In this document: positions 20,100 through 30,343 of the stretch, in pieces
How positions within the stretch are numbered: the first letter of the stretch is position 1
Layout: the number at the start of each line of letters is the position of its first letter
Source of the DNA: Candidatus Poribacteria bacterium
GTDB lineage: Bacteria > Poribacteria > WGA-4E > UBA9662
Assembly (NCBI GenBank): GCA_046582655.1
Contig: JAYGDX010000306.1
Span: 1 to 49,117 of the forward strand
Reading direction: 5' to 3'
DNA: 49,117 bases
Program-made: the position numbers and the translations under genes
Notes under the pieces: generated by a model
Told to the model about the DNA's origin: nothing
The model's input: the letters and a program-made list of their open reading frames with translations, nothing else
Database searches by the model: none

Positions 20100-20897
20100 T
20101 TAAAGAGTCATGTTTTCTTCGTTGAAGAAATTATTCGGTTGTTGGTTGGCGAAATCGTGTTGCCAAACACCACGGAACAGGGTTTGCCGTTTGGGCGGCA
20201 TAGCAGCGACTACCTCGTAAGGCAGATTCATCTTGTGGTATTGCACTAATCCTGCATTGTAGCAGTTCAGAATAGCTATCCGGTCGTGCTTGTTTGAGTT
20301 CCAAGTCATACCGGCGTGAGTAGTGTTTTCAGTAAAAATGACCACCGACCCAGCGGGGCAAGAATAAGTTTCTAATAGCGGAGAGTCGTGTTTGTTGTAG
20401 GATTCAGGTAGAGAGAAGTTCATCTTGTGTGTACCGGAGATGAAAGCTGTGGGACCATCGCCTGGTTCGACAGGGTTGAGTTCCCAAACTACCCGCGTTA
20501 GGCCGCTGTAAATGCGGTCGCGATACACCCGATAGCCGTGTGGCCCGTGCCAGTGTCCACCGTGCGGGCTAGGGCCGGTCTGTCCCTTCTTGCGGATGGT
20601 GGAAAAGCTATTCTCACAGCGGAAGCCGTAGCATTCATCACTGCGGTCACCCTCGAGGATACCACGTAAGACACTAACCACAACTGGGTGATCGAGCAAA
20701 ATCTGGGCTGGACCTGCCAATGAATAGCGCTCAAGGGGATCGATGGATTCAGGATCGGTTTTCAACTGAGTAATGTGCTGGCGAATTGCTTCTGTCTCGA
20801 CATCACTTAAGACGCTGGGGATGCAAATCCAGCCTTTTAGGTCGAAGACAAAACGCTGTTCGTCAGTCATCGGAATGTCAACGGTTTCAGCGGTCAT
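20100..20897 (-). CDS. PhyH-like Fe(II)/2OG oxygenase with HxG motif
   Basis: FDLKGW, SPHGG, FISGTHK, PAGSVVIFTENTTHAG, DRIAI. Start placed at ATG 20897. Confidence 0.87.
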   Translation of the reverse strand: MTAETVDIPMTDEQRFVFDLKGWICIPSVLSDVETEAIRQHITQLKTDPESIDPLERYSLAGPAQILLDHPVVVSVLRGILEGDRSDECYGFRCENSFSTIRKKGQTGPSPHGGHWHGPHGYRVYRDRIYSGLTRVVWELNPVEPGDGPTAFISGTHKMNFSLPESYNKHDSPLLETYSCPAGSVVIFTENTTHAGMTWNSNKHDRIAILNCYNAGLVQYHKMNLPYEVVAAMPPKRQTLFRGVWQHDFANQQPNNFFNEENMTL

Positions 20898-21104
20898 AAA
20901 AAGCTCTCTCCATATATTTAGTGTGGGATTTTCAGAGAATATCAACTTATGATAGACTTTGTAAACAAAAAACTTGAGAATATTTAAGTCCCGACTAACA
21001 CCGCTCCCTTTCTAAGAAAATCAGAAAAGAAATTCGATATTCTTCCAAATCTTGATCGACCATCACCCAAATGTGAGGTAACAGCATCGGAAACCTACAT
21101 GTTC

Positions 21105-22445
21105 CTAGATAAAATCGGGGCGCGATTCGCCAGCGTGAAGAAGAGTCCTGACCAAGCGTCGATGCAGTGCTTCTTGTAAGGGAGAGATTTCGAATTGCTG
21201 ATACAGGTTGTTCATTTGATGCGGATCCTCATGATTATCAAAGAGTAGGCAAAAATTTTCGTCACGACCAACAACGTAAGTGTACCGGTCTGTCCGAATG
21301 GCTCGGTATGGGTGATCTCCGAAACGGAAACGGCCACGTCCAATCCACTGAATATATGCTTCTGTCCGCTCTGAACCGCCGGTTGAGTCTATTGCTCCCG
21401 ATAGATCCACTCCCTGCACAGAAGGATCAACTTTTACCTGACATAAACCTGCACATGTCGGATATATATCTATGCCGCTTACCAAACCAGTGTAAACTTT
21501 ACTTTCATCTAACACTTCTGGCAAGCGCAAGATTACGGGAATACGAATCGATTCATCGTATGGTACCTGTTTGTGCCACAGACCTTGACTGCCCATCATA
21601 TCTCCGTGATCAGAAAAGAAGACGATCAGTGTTTGGTCTATTTGACCAGTTTGATCTAGCCAATCTAAAATACGACCAACGTTATCGTCCAAATTGGCAA
21701 TCATGGCGTAATAGCCGCAAAGCGTTTGACGAGCTTGAGCTTGCTTGTCGGTTGGGACATTATCTCGCAATTCAATCATGCTCGGTTCAAACATCTCTTC
21801 ATACTGAGAAGGAACAGGAAAACCCTCATATTTCGGATTGCCGCCTGTGCCGGGATGAGGAGATTCAACACTCAAAACATGAAACCAGGATTGGTTGGAA
21901 TTATAACTACTCAAATATTCCAGAGACAAATTAGTCAGGGCATCAGTTTGGTATCCATCCAGCTCAAACGGTTCAACCTGCTCACCATGACAATAAAAGG
22001 TGCGATAGAAGTTATTGGACAGGTTGAAGCCAAACCAATCTTCAAAACCCCCTCGGTTATCCGGATGTACCCAGTAATCTTCTCCAGCCCAACCTGCGTC
22101 AGACACCAAGTTGATCCCACGCTCGCCAGCTAAATGCCATTTACCAACATACGAGGTGCGGTATCCCGCATCTCGAAACGAGTCAGCGATGGTGTGATGT
22201 CCAGGATGGAGAATATCTCCGTGGAAAGGCACGTTGCAGGTTGTTGCATATTGCCCCGTAACCAAACCCGCACGGAATGGAACACATACAGGGTAGTGGC
22301 TGTATGCGTTGGTACAGCGAACCCCCTCGGAAGCAAGACGATCTATATTTGGCGTTTGAATATTTGGGTCACCATTACAGGATAGGGCATGGTAACGGAG
22401 TTGGTCGCAGAAGATCCATAGTAGATTGGGTTGGAAGAATGCCAT
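21105..22445 (-). CDS. Sulfatase (Cys-type)
   Basis: PNLLWIFCDQLR, CVPFRAGLVTG, GKWHL, FSDHGD. Confidence 0.94.
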   Translation of the reverse strand: MAFFQPNLLWIFCDQLRYHALSCNGDPNIQTPNIDRLASEGVRCTNAYSHYPVCVPFRAGLVTGQYATTCNVPFHGDILHPGHHTIADSFRDAGYRTSYVGKWHLAGERGINLVSDAGWAGEDYWVHPDNRGGFEDWFGFNLSNNFYRTFYCHGEQVEPFELDGYQTDALTNLSLEYLSSYNSNQSWFHVLSVESPHPGTGGNPKYEGFPVPSQYEEMFEPSMIELRDNVPTDKQAQARQTLCGYYAMIANLDDNVGRILDWLDQTGQIDQTLIVFFSDHGDMMGSQGLWHKQVPYDESIRIPVILRLPEVLDESKVYTGLVSGIDIYPTCAGLCQVKVDPSVQGVDLSGAIDSTGGSERTEAYIQWIGRGRFRFGDHPYRAIRTDRYTYVVGRDENFCLLFDNHEDPHQMNNLYQQFEISPLQEALHRRLVRTLLHAGESRPDFI

Positions 22446-22472
22446 AACGACTACCTGATTGGATCGATGAAG

Positions 22473-24026
22473 CTATGGATAGTCATCGAAGTCTAGTGAT
22501 GGGTTTTTGCTTACTACATTGGGAGTGTAGAGTGGGGTATCAGCTTCGACCAGCCGACCATCGCCTAGAAGAATCTGGTTAGGTGTCTTCGGGGTGATTC
22601 GCATTGGATATCTTTCCTGAAGTAGAGTCATATCTTGTTGGCGAATTTGTTCTACTTGGTCAAAATCGAAGTTTTCTAAAACGGCTGCCTTGAGAGATAC
22701 CAACTCATCAGCAGTCTTGGTTTCTGATAGTAGATTGTGTTGTTCGTTGGGATCGTTCTGCAGGTCAAAAGCCAGATCCTCGCAGCCTCGAAAGGCGATG
22801 TACTTATACCGTTTAGATCGAATCATACGAAACTCGGTACCCACTCCCCATCGTGGACTCAGCGATTCAGTAATCACACCTGCACGCTGTGCCAAATCTG
22901 AGTTGGTGCCGCCTCGGAGAAGGCCAGATAGGTCTACCCCGTCTAGACCTTCTGGCGTCGTGATTTCGGCCAGACCACAAAGTGTCGGAAAAATATCGGC
23001 TAGCGAGACGGGATCGACAATTTCAATTGGCGGTAATTCTCTGTTGCGATGCTCAGGCAACGAAACGATCAAAGGAACACGAGTGGAGGCTTCGTGCCAG
23101 GTGTTTTTCCACCACAGACCATGCTCACCGCAGAGTTCGCCGTGATCAGAAGTATAGATAATGACAGTATTTTCCAAGAACCGATTGTGATTTAATAGAG
23201 ACAGAAAGTCTCCCAGCACTTCGTCCAGAAAATCTACAGCAGCGAAGTAAGCGGCACGTGCCTTCATCATCTCTTCGTTCTTAATCTTTTCGGTTTGGAA
23301 ACCTTTGATAGCACCGAGAGTCATGGGGTGATTAACAGTATCTCCGGTACGACCTACCCATGGAGGTGTTACGGTCCCTTGATAATAGTGGTCAAAGAAA
23401 CGTCGCGGAGCAGTCAGTGGGAAGTGGGGTCGGCTGAAGGATGTGTACAATAGCCACGGTTGATCTGGATTATCGTATCGATTTTCACGGAGCCACGTCA
23501 GTGATTCACGGACAACCATATTTTCCTGAAGCAAGGATTCCGGAACCTCGCTTAATCCAGCGTCAGCAGTGCGTGAACGCATGTCCATGCCCGCGGCATT
23601 AGTTGAGTTGTGTCTACTAAGTGGATCGTATTGATGAGAACACATACCGCCGAAGTCCCCATAAGGTCGAGCACCAAAACCTGCATGTTGAACCGACCCT
23701 CCGATGTGCATCTTGCCGACCGTTGCAGTGCTGTAGCCGCTGGCTTGAAAGTGTGACCCCCAATTCGGTAATTCAGGAGATAGGATGGCACCATTACTCC
23801 AGGCCCCACATCGGTGTGCATGGCGGCCTGTCAGCATAGCAATCCGGGAAGGAGAACAAAGCGGAAACTGGCAATACGCCTTGTCGAAGTTGGCGCCGTG
23901 GGTAATCAGGTTGTCAAGAGTTGGAGTTTGGCAAGGCTCTCCCCCTCGCTCACGACTACGATTCGAGAGAAAGCGATACGAGTGTTCGTCGCTGTGTAGG
24001 ACGAGAATATTAGGTTGATTGGACAT
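22473..24026 (-). CDS. Sulfatase, choline-sulfatase-like
   Basis: PNILVLHSDEH, CSPSRIAMLTG, GKMH, RPHFPLTAP, TSDHGE. Confidence 0.93.
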   Translation of the reverse strand: MSNQPNILVLHSDEHSYRFLSNRSRERGGEPCQTPTLDNLITHGANFDKAYCQFPLCSPSRIAMLTGRHAHRCGAWSNGAILSPELPNWGSHFQASGYSTATVGKMHIGGSVQHAGFGARPYGDFGGMCSHQYDPLSRHNSTNAAGMDMRSRTADAGLSEVPESLLQENMVVRESLTWLRENRYDNPDQPWLLYTSFSRPHFPLTAPRRFFDHYYQGTVTPPWVGRTGDTVNHPMTLGAIKGFQTEKIKNEEMMKARAAYFAAVDFLDEVLGDFLSLLNHNRFLENTVIIYTSDHGELCGEHGLWWKNTWHEASTRVPLIVSLPEHRNRELPPIEIVDPVSLADIFPTLCGLAEITTPEGLDGVDLSGLLRGGTNSDLAQRAGVITESLSPRWGVGTEFRMIRSKRYKYIAFRGCEDLAFDLQNDPNEQHNLLSETKTADELVSLKAAVLENFDFDQVEQIRQQDMTLLQERYPMRITPKTPNQILLGDGRLVEADTPLYTPNVVSKNPSLDFDDYP

Positions 24027-24200
24027 CGGATCTGGTGAAACTTAATTTAGCTAAGACAATTTTTGTGTGCAGTCATAGACGCTTGACTAGACAATAGCAC
24101 TTTTGTTGCTTAGCAGATAAGCAAATTATTTACGTTTTTAGCGGCTCGTATGGCTAAATTTAGAATGAAAATTTTGTGTTAAAACGCCTTTGATTGAGGG

Positions 24201-25031
24201 TCAACCATAGGCCATCTCGGGATGTTTACCCAACACGCGAAGCAGGCGTTCATCCGCACCTTCCAGCACATAGTCGGGCATGTGGTAGTTCAAATATGGC
24301 CAGAATCGTTGTGCAACAAAGCGTTGACCGTAGACTTGGTGAAATAGATAACGGGTGCGGTCGGTTTGGTTAATGATACCTCTATGCCACGTTTGGCCAT
24401 TGAGCAGATAGAGATCTCCAGCTTTCATCAGCAATGAAACTGGCCCTTGGCCTTCGAAAATTGGTTTTTCAGGATCGTTCGGTTGACTGCCTGAATAGTG
24501 GCTACCCGGTATGAACTGAGATGGTCCATACTCATCTTCATCCTGATCGGTCAGCGCAATCTGTACCGACATACGAAGGACCGGCATACGGAGTCTAGGA
24601 TCATGCCTCTCCATACCTGGAGCAATTGGAAACTCAATGCAATCATCCGTGTGGAATCGATTGATACCTAGGTCTTTTCGGTTCAGAATACAGCCTTGGG
24701 CAATACAGTGGCAGTGATCACCCAAAACTGCTTCAGCGATGGAGATGATGGGGTCACGTACCAGTAGATCCCGAAACATCAAGTCGCATTCAAAAAGTCG
24801 ATGGACGACAATTGGATCTTTATCCTCTTGCCGTGTTACTTTGACGTTGCGCATTTGCGCAAAGTAGGGCTCGGCGAAGATCTCGTCGATACGCTCGACC
24901 ATCCGCCTACATTCTTTCTGGGAAAGTATGTTGCGGATGACGGTAGCACCGTTTCGATAGAAGTCGTCCAAAATGGGATCTAGGCTTTCGGACGGCAATG
25001 GTTCAGAAGGGAGTATTGGTACCGCTAGCAT
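24201..25031 (-). CDS. PhyH-like Fe(II)/2OG dioxygenase, canonical HxD
   Basis: FHTDD, FIPGSHY, KAGDLYLLNGQTWHRG, RTRYL. Confidence 0.9.
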   Translation of the reverse strand: MLAVPILPSEPLPSESLDPILDDFYRNGATVIRNILSQKECRRMVERIDEIFAEPYFAQMRNVKVTRQEDKDPIVVHRLFECDLMFRDLLVRDPIISIAEAVLGDHCHCIAQGCILNRKDLGINRFHTDDCIEFPIAPGMERHDPRLRMPVLRMSVQIALTDQDEDEYGPSQFIPGSHYSGSQPNDPEKPIFEGQGPVSLLMKAGDLYLLNGQTWHRGIINQTDRTRYLFHQVYGQRFVAQRFWPYLNYHMPDYVLEGADERLLRVLGKHPEMAYG

Positions 25032-25233
25032 TTTTCCAACTTTACAGTCTTTCCAACTTCAACACACTCTAAACGAGGTTTAACAAATTTAGGCTTACTC
25101 ATTTGACTCAAAATAGAAAATTAGTTGCGTAATGTCAGATTTTGGTATCGGCAGTGGTACGATCACATTCATTTCTTTAGATAAGCCTATAAACCCAGTT
25201 TATCTCTAAGGCATTGTTTGCAAAAGAGTGAAG

Positions 25234-26550
25234 CTAATGATGGCAATCTATTGGTTTCGGTTCAGCAAAATCCTGAGTCATCACGTACGGCAGGATCCAA
25301 ATGGTATCTCCTACCTTATTTGTGAAGTAGAGTCGCGACTCAGAAAATTCGTCCGGATTTCCATCTGCCCAGAAGGCATAAAAATCCGGATGAGCATTCA
25401 CCGGACGACGAGCATAGGTGTGGTTGAAATTGCTATCTTTGGTTAATTGCTTGGTCTTTTCCCATGTTTTCCCATGGTTATCACTAGTCCAGATTGCCAT
25501 TTCGCCGCCAGTCCCCCAGTGTTGGGGGCCCGGCTCGGTTGGCGCAATGATCCTCCAAGTACCAGATGATTCGATGTAAAGCGAACCCATATCGTAGTTA
25601 TGCGTTGAACGAGTAACTTGATGAAATTCCCAGTTACGTTCCGTCCAGTGAACAATCATCCAGATCCGTGGTTCACCCGTTGGACCGGGCTTATGACTAG
25701 CGCTGGTTACTACCAGAATCACTGGGTTACCGTTGGCGTCGAGGTCAATATCCTTCATATAAACCAGCCGCCCTTCGGCTTGAAAATCCCTGACCAGTGC
25801 ACCACAGTGTGGATCAGTCATGGGAGTACCAATTGGTGAACCATCGGCCGTCCGCCATATTGCACCCATGTCATCCGTCTGGACAAAGTAGAGATTGGTA
25901 CGGACATCAACTTTACCCTCCGGATGCATGTTGAAGGCGGTAATAATCCGATCTCCACGCCGATGGCTGGTTTGATAGTGTCCTCCCATCCCAGCTAGTT
26001 TCCGATGCTCAGTCCAGTTTTTTCCGTCAGAACTGGTATTCCAGTAGAGTTCTCTCACACCAGTATACTTGGTAAAAAGATGGACGATCCCCTTGCTTTC
26101 GAGCCACCATGGTTGCGGATAGGTCATCTCCTCTTCGCTGACCAACTCAAACCTCTCGATGCTGTACGGCTCAAAACTCCGATACTTGAAGCCGGGACGA
26201 CCACGACCACGACCACTGACGAAGATCCATATATGACCTGTCTCATCAAGCGCAATGCTGGAATTATCGTGAGGGTCATCAACACCGTCTTTGTCGTGAA
26301 CAATCGTTGGCTGAGGGACAAGGTGGTGGTGGTCGTAGTAGGATGCCATCGTCAACAAGTGTCGTTGACCTTCTTTAGCGCCACCGTAAACGAAAAAGGT
26401 CTTTTTGACAGCTGGTGCATAAACCGCCATTGGAACATGCTTGGCGGTGTAAGTGCCGAGTCCTCCCGAATACTTATCACCCTCTTCGAAGAATTGACCC
26501 AGCGTGAACCAGATACCTTGATAACCGTTGACTTTATTGGAAGAATTCAA
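25234..26550 (-). CDS. BNR repeat-containing (BNR_4-like) beta-propeller protein
   Basis: GYQGIW, KYSGGLGTYTAKH, DPHDN, SSDGKNW, TDDMGAIW, SDNHGKTW. An in-frame signal peptide (ATG 26652) is cut off by TAG at 26572-26574. Confidence 0.85.
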   Translation of the reverse strand: MNSSNKVNGYQGIWFTLGQFFEEGDKYSGGLGTYTAKHVPMAVYAPAVKKTFFVYGGAKEGQRHLLTMASYYDHHHLVPQPTIVHDKDGVDDPHDNSSIALDETGHIWIFVSGRGRGRPGFKYRSFEPYSIERFELVSEEEMTYPQPWWLESKGIVHLFTKYTGVRELYWNTSSDGKNWTEHRKLAGMGGHYQTSHRRGDRIITAFNMHPEGKVDVRTNLYFVQTDDMGAIWRTADGSPIGTPMTDPHCGALVRDFQAEGRLVYMKDIDLDANGNPVILVVTSASHKPGPTGEPRIWMIVHWTERNWEFHQVTRSTHNYDMGSLYIESSGTWRIIAPTEPGPQHWGTGGEMAIWTSDNHGKTWEKTKQLTKDSNFNHTYARRPVNAHPDFYAFWADGNPDEFSESRLYFTNKVGDTIWILPYVMTQDFAEPKPIDCHH

Positions 26551-26841
26551 TTCGCCTGCTTCCCTTTTAGACTACATCGCCGCACAAACTATCCACATAG
26601 GGACAGAGGCAACAAAAATGACGCTGATAATGATTGCAAAGGTTATGATCATTGGAACTCGTATTCTCGACTGGTACAATTGCTAGAGTCAAAACTATAA
26701 AGGGACTATTCCCCTCAACTTTACTGTCTTTAACAGATTATGGGTCAAAATCAGTGAAAATAGCATTTGGACCGCTCATCGGCTGGCAGACGATCTGGTC
26801 GTGTTTGGTACCAGCGAAAGTGTTGGTAATGCGCCGTATAG

Positions 26842-27508
26842 TTACAAAGTTGATATCAAGGATTTAATCTTTCCCCAATAAATAGAGATTTCTCCCATGG
26901 GTGTAACCGGAGAAGCAGGAATTTGATCGCCTTCAATAACCAAATTATCGAAATATGGATTGGTTTCATGGCAGATCAAGCCAATACGACCGTTTGGTTG
27001 GAATCTCGGTTGTGCCTTGTCTTCACCTTCGAACAGCAACTTACCATCTAAAAAAAATTGAAAGTTTTTTTGTTTGGCGACAACCTTCAGACGGATAAGT
27101 CTTGCCCGATTCGGCCTTCGGTGGAATCGGGGTTTTAAGGTGCTCATATTTATTGTTGATCTAGCGAGAAACTTGTCCCATGTGTTGATCGGCGCGAAGC
27201 CAGAAACGATAGCCATTTCACCTTTCTCGCCTGCCCTGATCAAAAACCCACGCGGTTACAAGGATGTTTCCCCTTACCTACGGTCACATCGGCAGCAACG
27301 CTATAGTCTTTCCAAGCAACATCACCAAACATAATCTTGGAATAAGCTTCACTACTGGTTTCGGTTAAAGCCTTTTTATCTACCCTCCATTTGCCAACAA
27401 CAGTTCCCAACCTTTGGGCATACCATTGTCAAAATCTTCCTTCCAAACGTCTGCCGTCGCAAGCGTAACAACGAAAAACACATGTAGAAGACAACATAAT
27501 TTTCTCAT
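26842..27508 (-). pseudogene. Secreted DUF1080/concanavalin-like protein with WGKIK tail, multiply frameshifted
   Basis: Signal peptide then WKEDFDNG, GKWRV, GDVAWKDYSVAADV, GRIGL, FDNLVIEG, PVTPMGEISIYWGKIK. Reconstruction needs about four frameshifts and crosses an in-frame TAG. Confidence 0.75.
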
Positions 27509-27725
27509 GGAATCGATCCTTTTTACCCGTTATTTGCAACACAAGGCGAAAAATGCCCTCTGATGAATTATATGAAGATTTTCAGACCAGACTTTCAATT
27601 GCCATTCTATTACACCAAAATTGAATCGTTGTCAAAATTTTAACAGTATAGTTTTTCTGAATTCCGTTCGATTGGATCATTAAGTCAGGGAAAGAAAGAA
27701 CCGAGGTCAGCTGGTTTTTCAATTA

Positions 27726-30074
27726 TTAATCGAAAGGCTTCTCAGCCTGTTGGTCTCGGATGAAACCGTAGTATCGAGCACGCCAGTAGGCATCAATGAA
27801 CGATGCACCTCCTAATTCACGCCGCGTGTTCTGGTCAAACTGGAGCCAAAGGTTGCCATCCTCCCAGCTTTTTCCTTGGTTCTTGGAGATGTACAACCCG
27901 CCGGGTGTCCCAGCAAAGATCCAGTCGGTATAACTCGAGGCAAACAACGACTTGACTAGCGGAATGCTAAAGCCTGTAGTTGACTTTTTCCAGCCGAGTG
28001 CTTGTTTGTGGGCAACACCACGGTCAGTAATGGCGAAGAATCGATTGTTGGAGCCAATAACCGTCTGGTCCAGCTGCATCATCACACCTAACTTTATGAC
28101 ACCCAGCATCCCTTTTTCAGCCAAAATCCGCAAAATGTCTTTCACGTTGTTGGACCAGCTTTGGCCGGCATCGTGACTTTCCTGCAGGATTGACAAAGAC
28201 CCGATATCATCAGAACTTACTTTGTAACCAACCCAGATATGACTTGAATTTTCAGCATCAGCAACAATCCATGGATAAGCCTGACCGTACCGGGGAAAAC
28301 TGTAATCTCGACCTCTGATCCAGGGGATTTTATCCAGTCGGCGGCTGAAAATGCGACTTTCGGAAATGGCATACAACTGGGTGGGTGAACCGTGCGCCAC
28401 CAGAAATGTCGGAGACTGAAGTACTGGCAGACTTGTAGACAGTTTTTGCCAAGACTGACCTAGATATTCTTCACCATAATCCTGAGATCGATAGATGTGC
28501 TGATTTGTCACCGCATAAAGGATATTGAAGTTGTTCGGATCAAATTCGATATCAACAGGTGTATCACCTTCCAGACGCACAGCCATTTTATGCCATAAAC
28601 GACCACCGGAAGTCGTCAGGTAAAAACCATCGTTGCAGGCGACAGCAAGGATTCTAGTTTTACCTCCGACATCAACTCGTTTGATATGGCTGGTCAAGTT
28701 CTGGTCGATCGGACGCCAGTTTTGCCAAGTAGATGCACCGTCGCGTGATTGGTAGAGGTGTCCCCCCTCGCCAACAGCTAGAATGACCTTCGGATCTTCA
28801 GGCGAAACGGCGACATCTACAACTATACGGCTATGCCAACCATCTGCTCTTAGGAGATTGGCTTTCCAGATGTACTCATTGTCCCAAGCGGCCAGATAGG
28901 TTGGATACGGAGGCTTCAGATTCGGATTCAGGCTGTTCATCCGCGGCTTAATAGTCATATCGGTAGGAAAGGTCTGTAAGGTATACAAAGCTTCCTTAAG
29001 AGCCTTTTCTTTACCTTCTGCTTGGGGGACGATGGCATAATAGATGTAGGTAAAGAGACTTTGCGCATCGTCTTTGTGGTTGCACCACAAGCCGTCCGCT
29101 ACCTGTTGGTAGCCTGCCAGGAGACTGGCATCGTCTTCTATTCGAAAGAGGAGATCTAAATGACAGAAGACGTGCTCAGCGTCGTCAAAATCTTTTCCGG
29201 TGGAGAAGGTTGTCAGTTTTCTTATGCCGTACTGATCTACCAATTGGTCGTAAATCTGTTTAAACTTCTCCTCGCCAGTGGCGTGGTAAGCGACTTTGGC
29301 ACCGGCGATAGCCATCATGACCCGTGTGTTCAAAGTCTTGTGATCGGTCAGACCCAAGACCGGAACCATCGGCAACGATTTGTCGTACTTGGCGATTTTC
29401 AGATCGTTGTCCACCCAGTAACTAACCAGTGCGCCGATAGCTTGCCTGGCACGTTCTTTTTGTGATCCTTCAGCAGCAAGGGTGTAGTATTGCCCCAAAC
29501 CGTGGATGGTGTCGCTATAGTTGTGATGGCTGGGGTCACCAACCCAGCGAAAAGATTGGCCGTCGATCTCACCCTGCCGCCAGTACGGAATTTTATCCGA
29601 ACCCCGTCTTTCCGCATAACTCTCACCACGTCCTAAAAAATATCCACGTGCTTGCAAACCTCGTACTCCCGTCACTAGCTGACAACGATAGATAGATTCA
29701 AAGACCTGGTCAGCTCGAACTTTAGCCTCTTCAATTTTTTCCGGATTGCTATTACTCTTTCTCAGATACGCGTACCGATAGGAAAGCCCCGCCAGATAAT
29801 TTGCTGTCCAGCAGACAGCGTGTTGTACATCGGCAAAAGGGTTGGTTGTGGTGATGTCGATGGTATCACTATCCCTCGGGATCTCTACCATTGATGGATA
29901 AAGTCCGAGAATATTGTGACGTTTTTGAATTCCTTGCTCAATCGTTTCAGCCTTTTCTGCTAATGGCCGTTTCCACGTTTCATCCGCCTTTGTTTGATCT
30001 AAGGTCAGCACGACCCAGAGTAAAAAGATTAGACCAATTCTACAACACATAAGATTATATCCTATTATGATCAC
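27726..30074 (-). CDS. Secreted protein: alpha/alpha-barrel glycosidase-like domain with inserted Asp-box beta-propeller
   Basis: Signal-like N-terminus and helical domain (WTANYLAGLSYRY, VTGVRGLQARG, WVGDPS), followed by SRDGASTW, TTSGGRLW, SQDYGE, SHDAGQSW, SKNQGKSW boxes. Start may be ATG 30050. Confidence 0.7.
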   Translation of the reverse strand: MIIIGYNLMCCRIGLIFLLWVVLTLDQTKADETWKRPLAEKAETIEQGIQKRHNILGLYPSMVEIPRDSDTIDITTTNPFADVQHAVCWTANYLAGLSYRYAYLRKSNSNPEKIEEAKVRADQVFESIYRCQLVTGVRGLQARGYFLGRGESYAERRGSDKIPYWRQGEIDGQSFRWVGDPSHHNYSDTIHGLGQYYTLAAEGSQKERARQAIGALVSYWVDNDLKIAKYDKSLPMVPVLGLTDHKTLNTRVMMAIAGAKVAYHATGEEKFKQIYDQLVDQYGIRKLTTFSTGKDFDDAEHVFCHLDLLFRIEDDASLLAGYQQVADGLWCNHKDDAQSLFTYIYYAIVPQAEGKEKALKEALYTLQTFPTDMTIKPRMNSLNPNLKPPYPTYLAAWDNEYIWKANLLRADGWHSRIVVDVAVSPEDPKVILAVGEGGHLYQSRDGASTWQNWRPIDQNLTSHIKRVDVGGKTRILAVACNDGFYLTTSGGRLWHKMAVRLEGDTPVDIEFDPNNFNILYAVTNQHIYRSQDYGEEYLGQSWQKLSTSLPVLQSPTFLVAHGSPTQLYAISESRIFSRRLDKIPWIRGRDYSFPRYGQAYPWIVADAENSSHIWVGYKVSSDDIGSLSILQESHDAGQSWSNNVKDILRILAEKGMLGVIKLGVMMQLDQTVIGSNNRFFAITDRGVAHKQALGWKKSTTGFSIPLVKSLFASSYTDWIFAGTPGGLYISKNQGKSWEDGNLWLQFDQNTRRELGGASFIDAYWRARYYGFIRDQQAEKPFD

Positions 30075-30295
30075 TGAATCTTGTTCACCTCGGCATCCAG
30101 GTTTTATCTAAGGACTTCTGAGACTGTAATATATCGACTCAGCTTAGATTACAGAATAGAAATTATAGCAAAGCAATGGTATTGACAACTATTTTTTTAT
30201 TGCAATCTGGGAAATACTAGAATTTTCAGGTTTCAACTCGGCAGATATAAAAAAACCGTCATTGAGTTCGTTTATCTGCTTTCAACCCATTGATG

Positions 30296-30324
30296 TTGAC
30301 ATAGTATACATGCTGTGCTAAAGT
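30296..30324 (+). promoter_or_regulatory. Sigma70-type promoter
   Basis: TTGACA-17 nt-TAAAGT with an extended TG, just upstream of the GGAGG RBS of the 30344 gene. Confidence 0.65.
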
Positions 30325-30343
30325 CGAATTCGGAGGCATAGGT

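Noticed and set aside
21167..21934. 255-aa plus-strand ORF
   Set aside because: Antisense shadow of the sulfatase gene with no recognisable motifs.
26005..26700. 231-aa plus-strand ORF with poly-T/poly-V runs
   Set aside because: Antisense to the BNR gene; the runs mirror GRGRG and HHHH codons.
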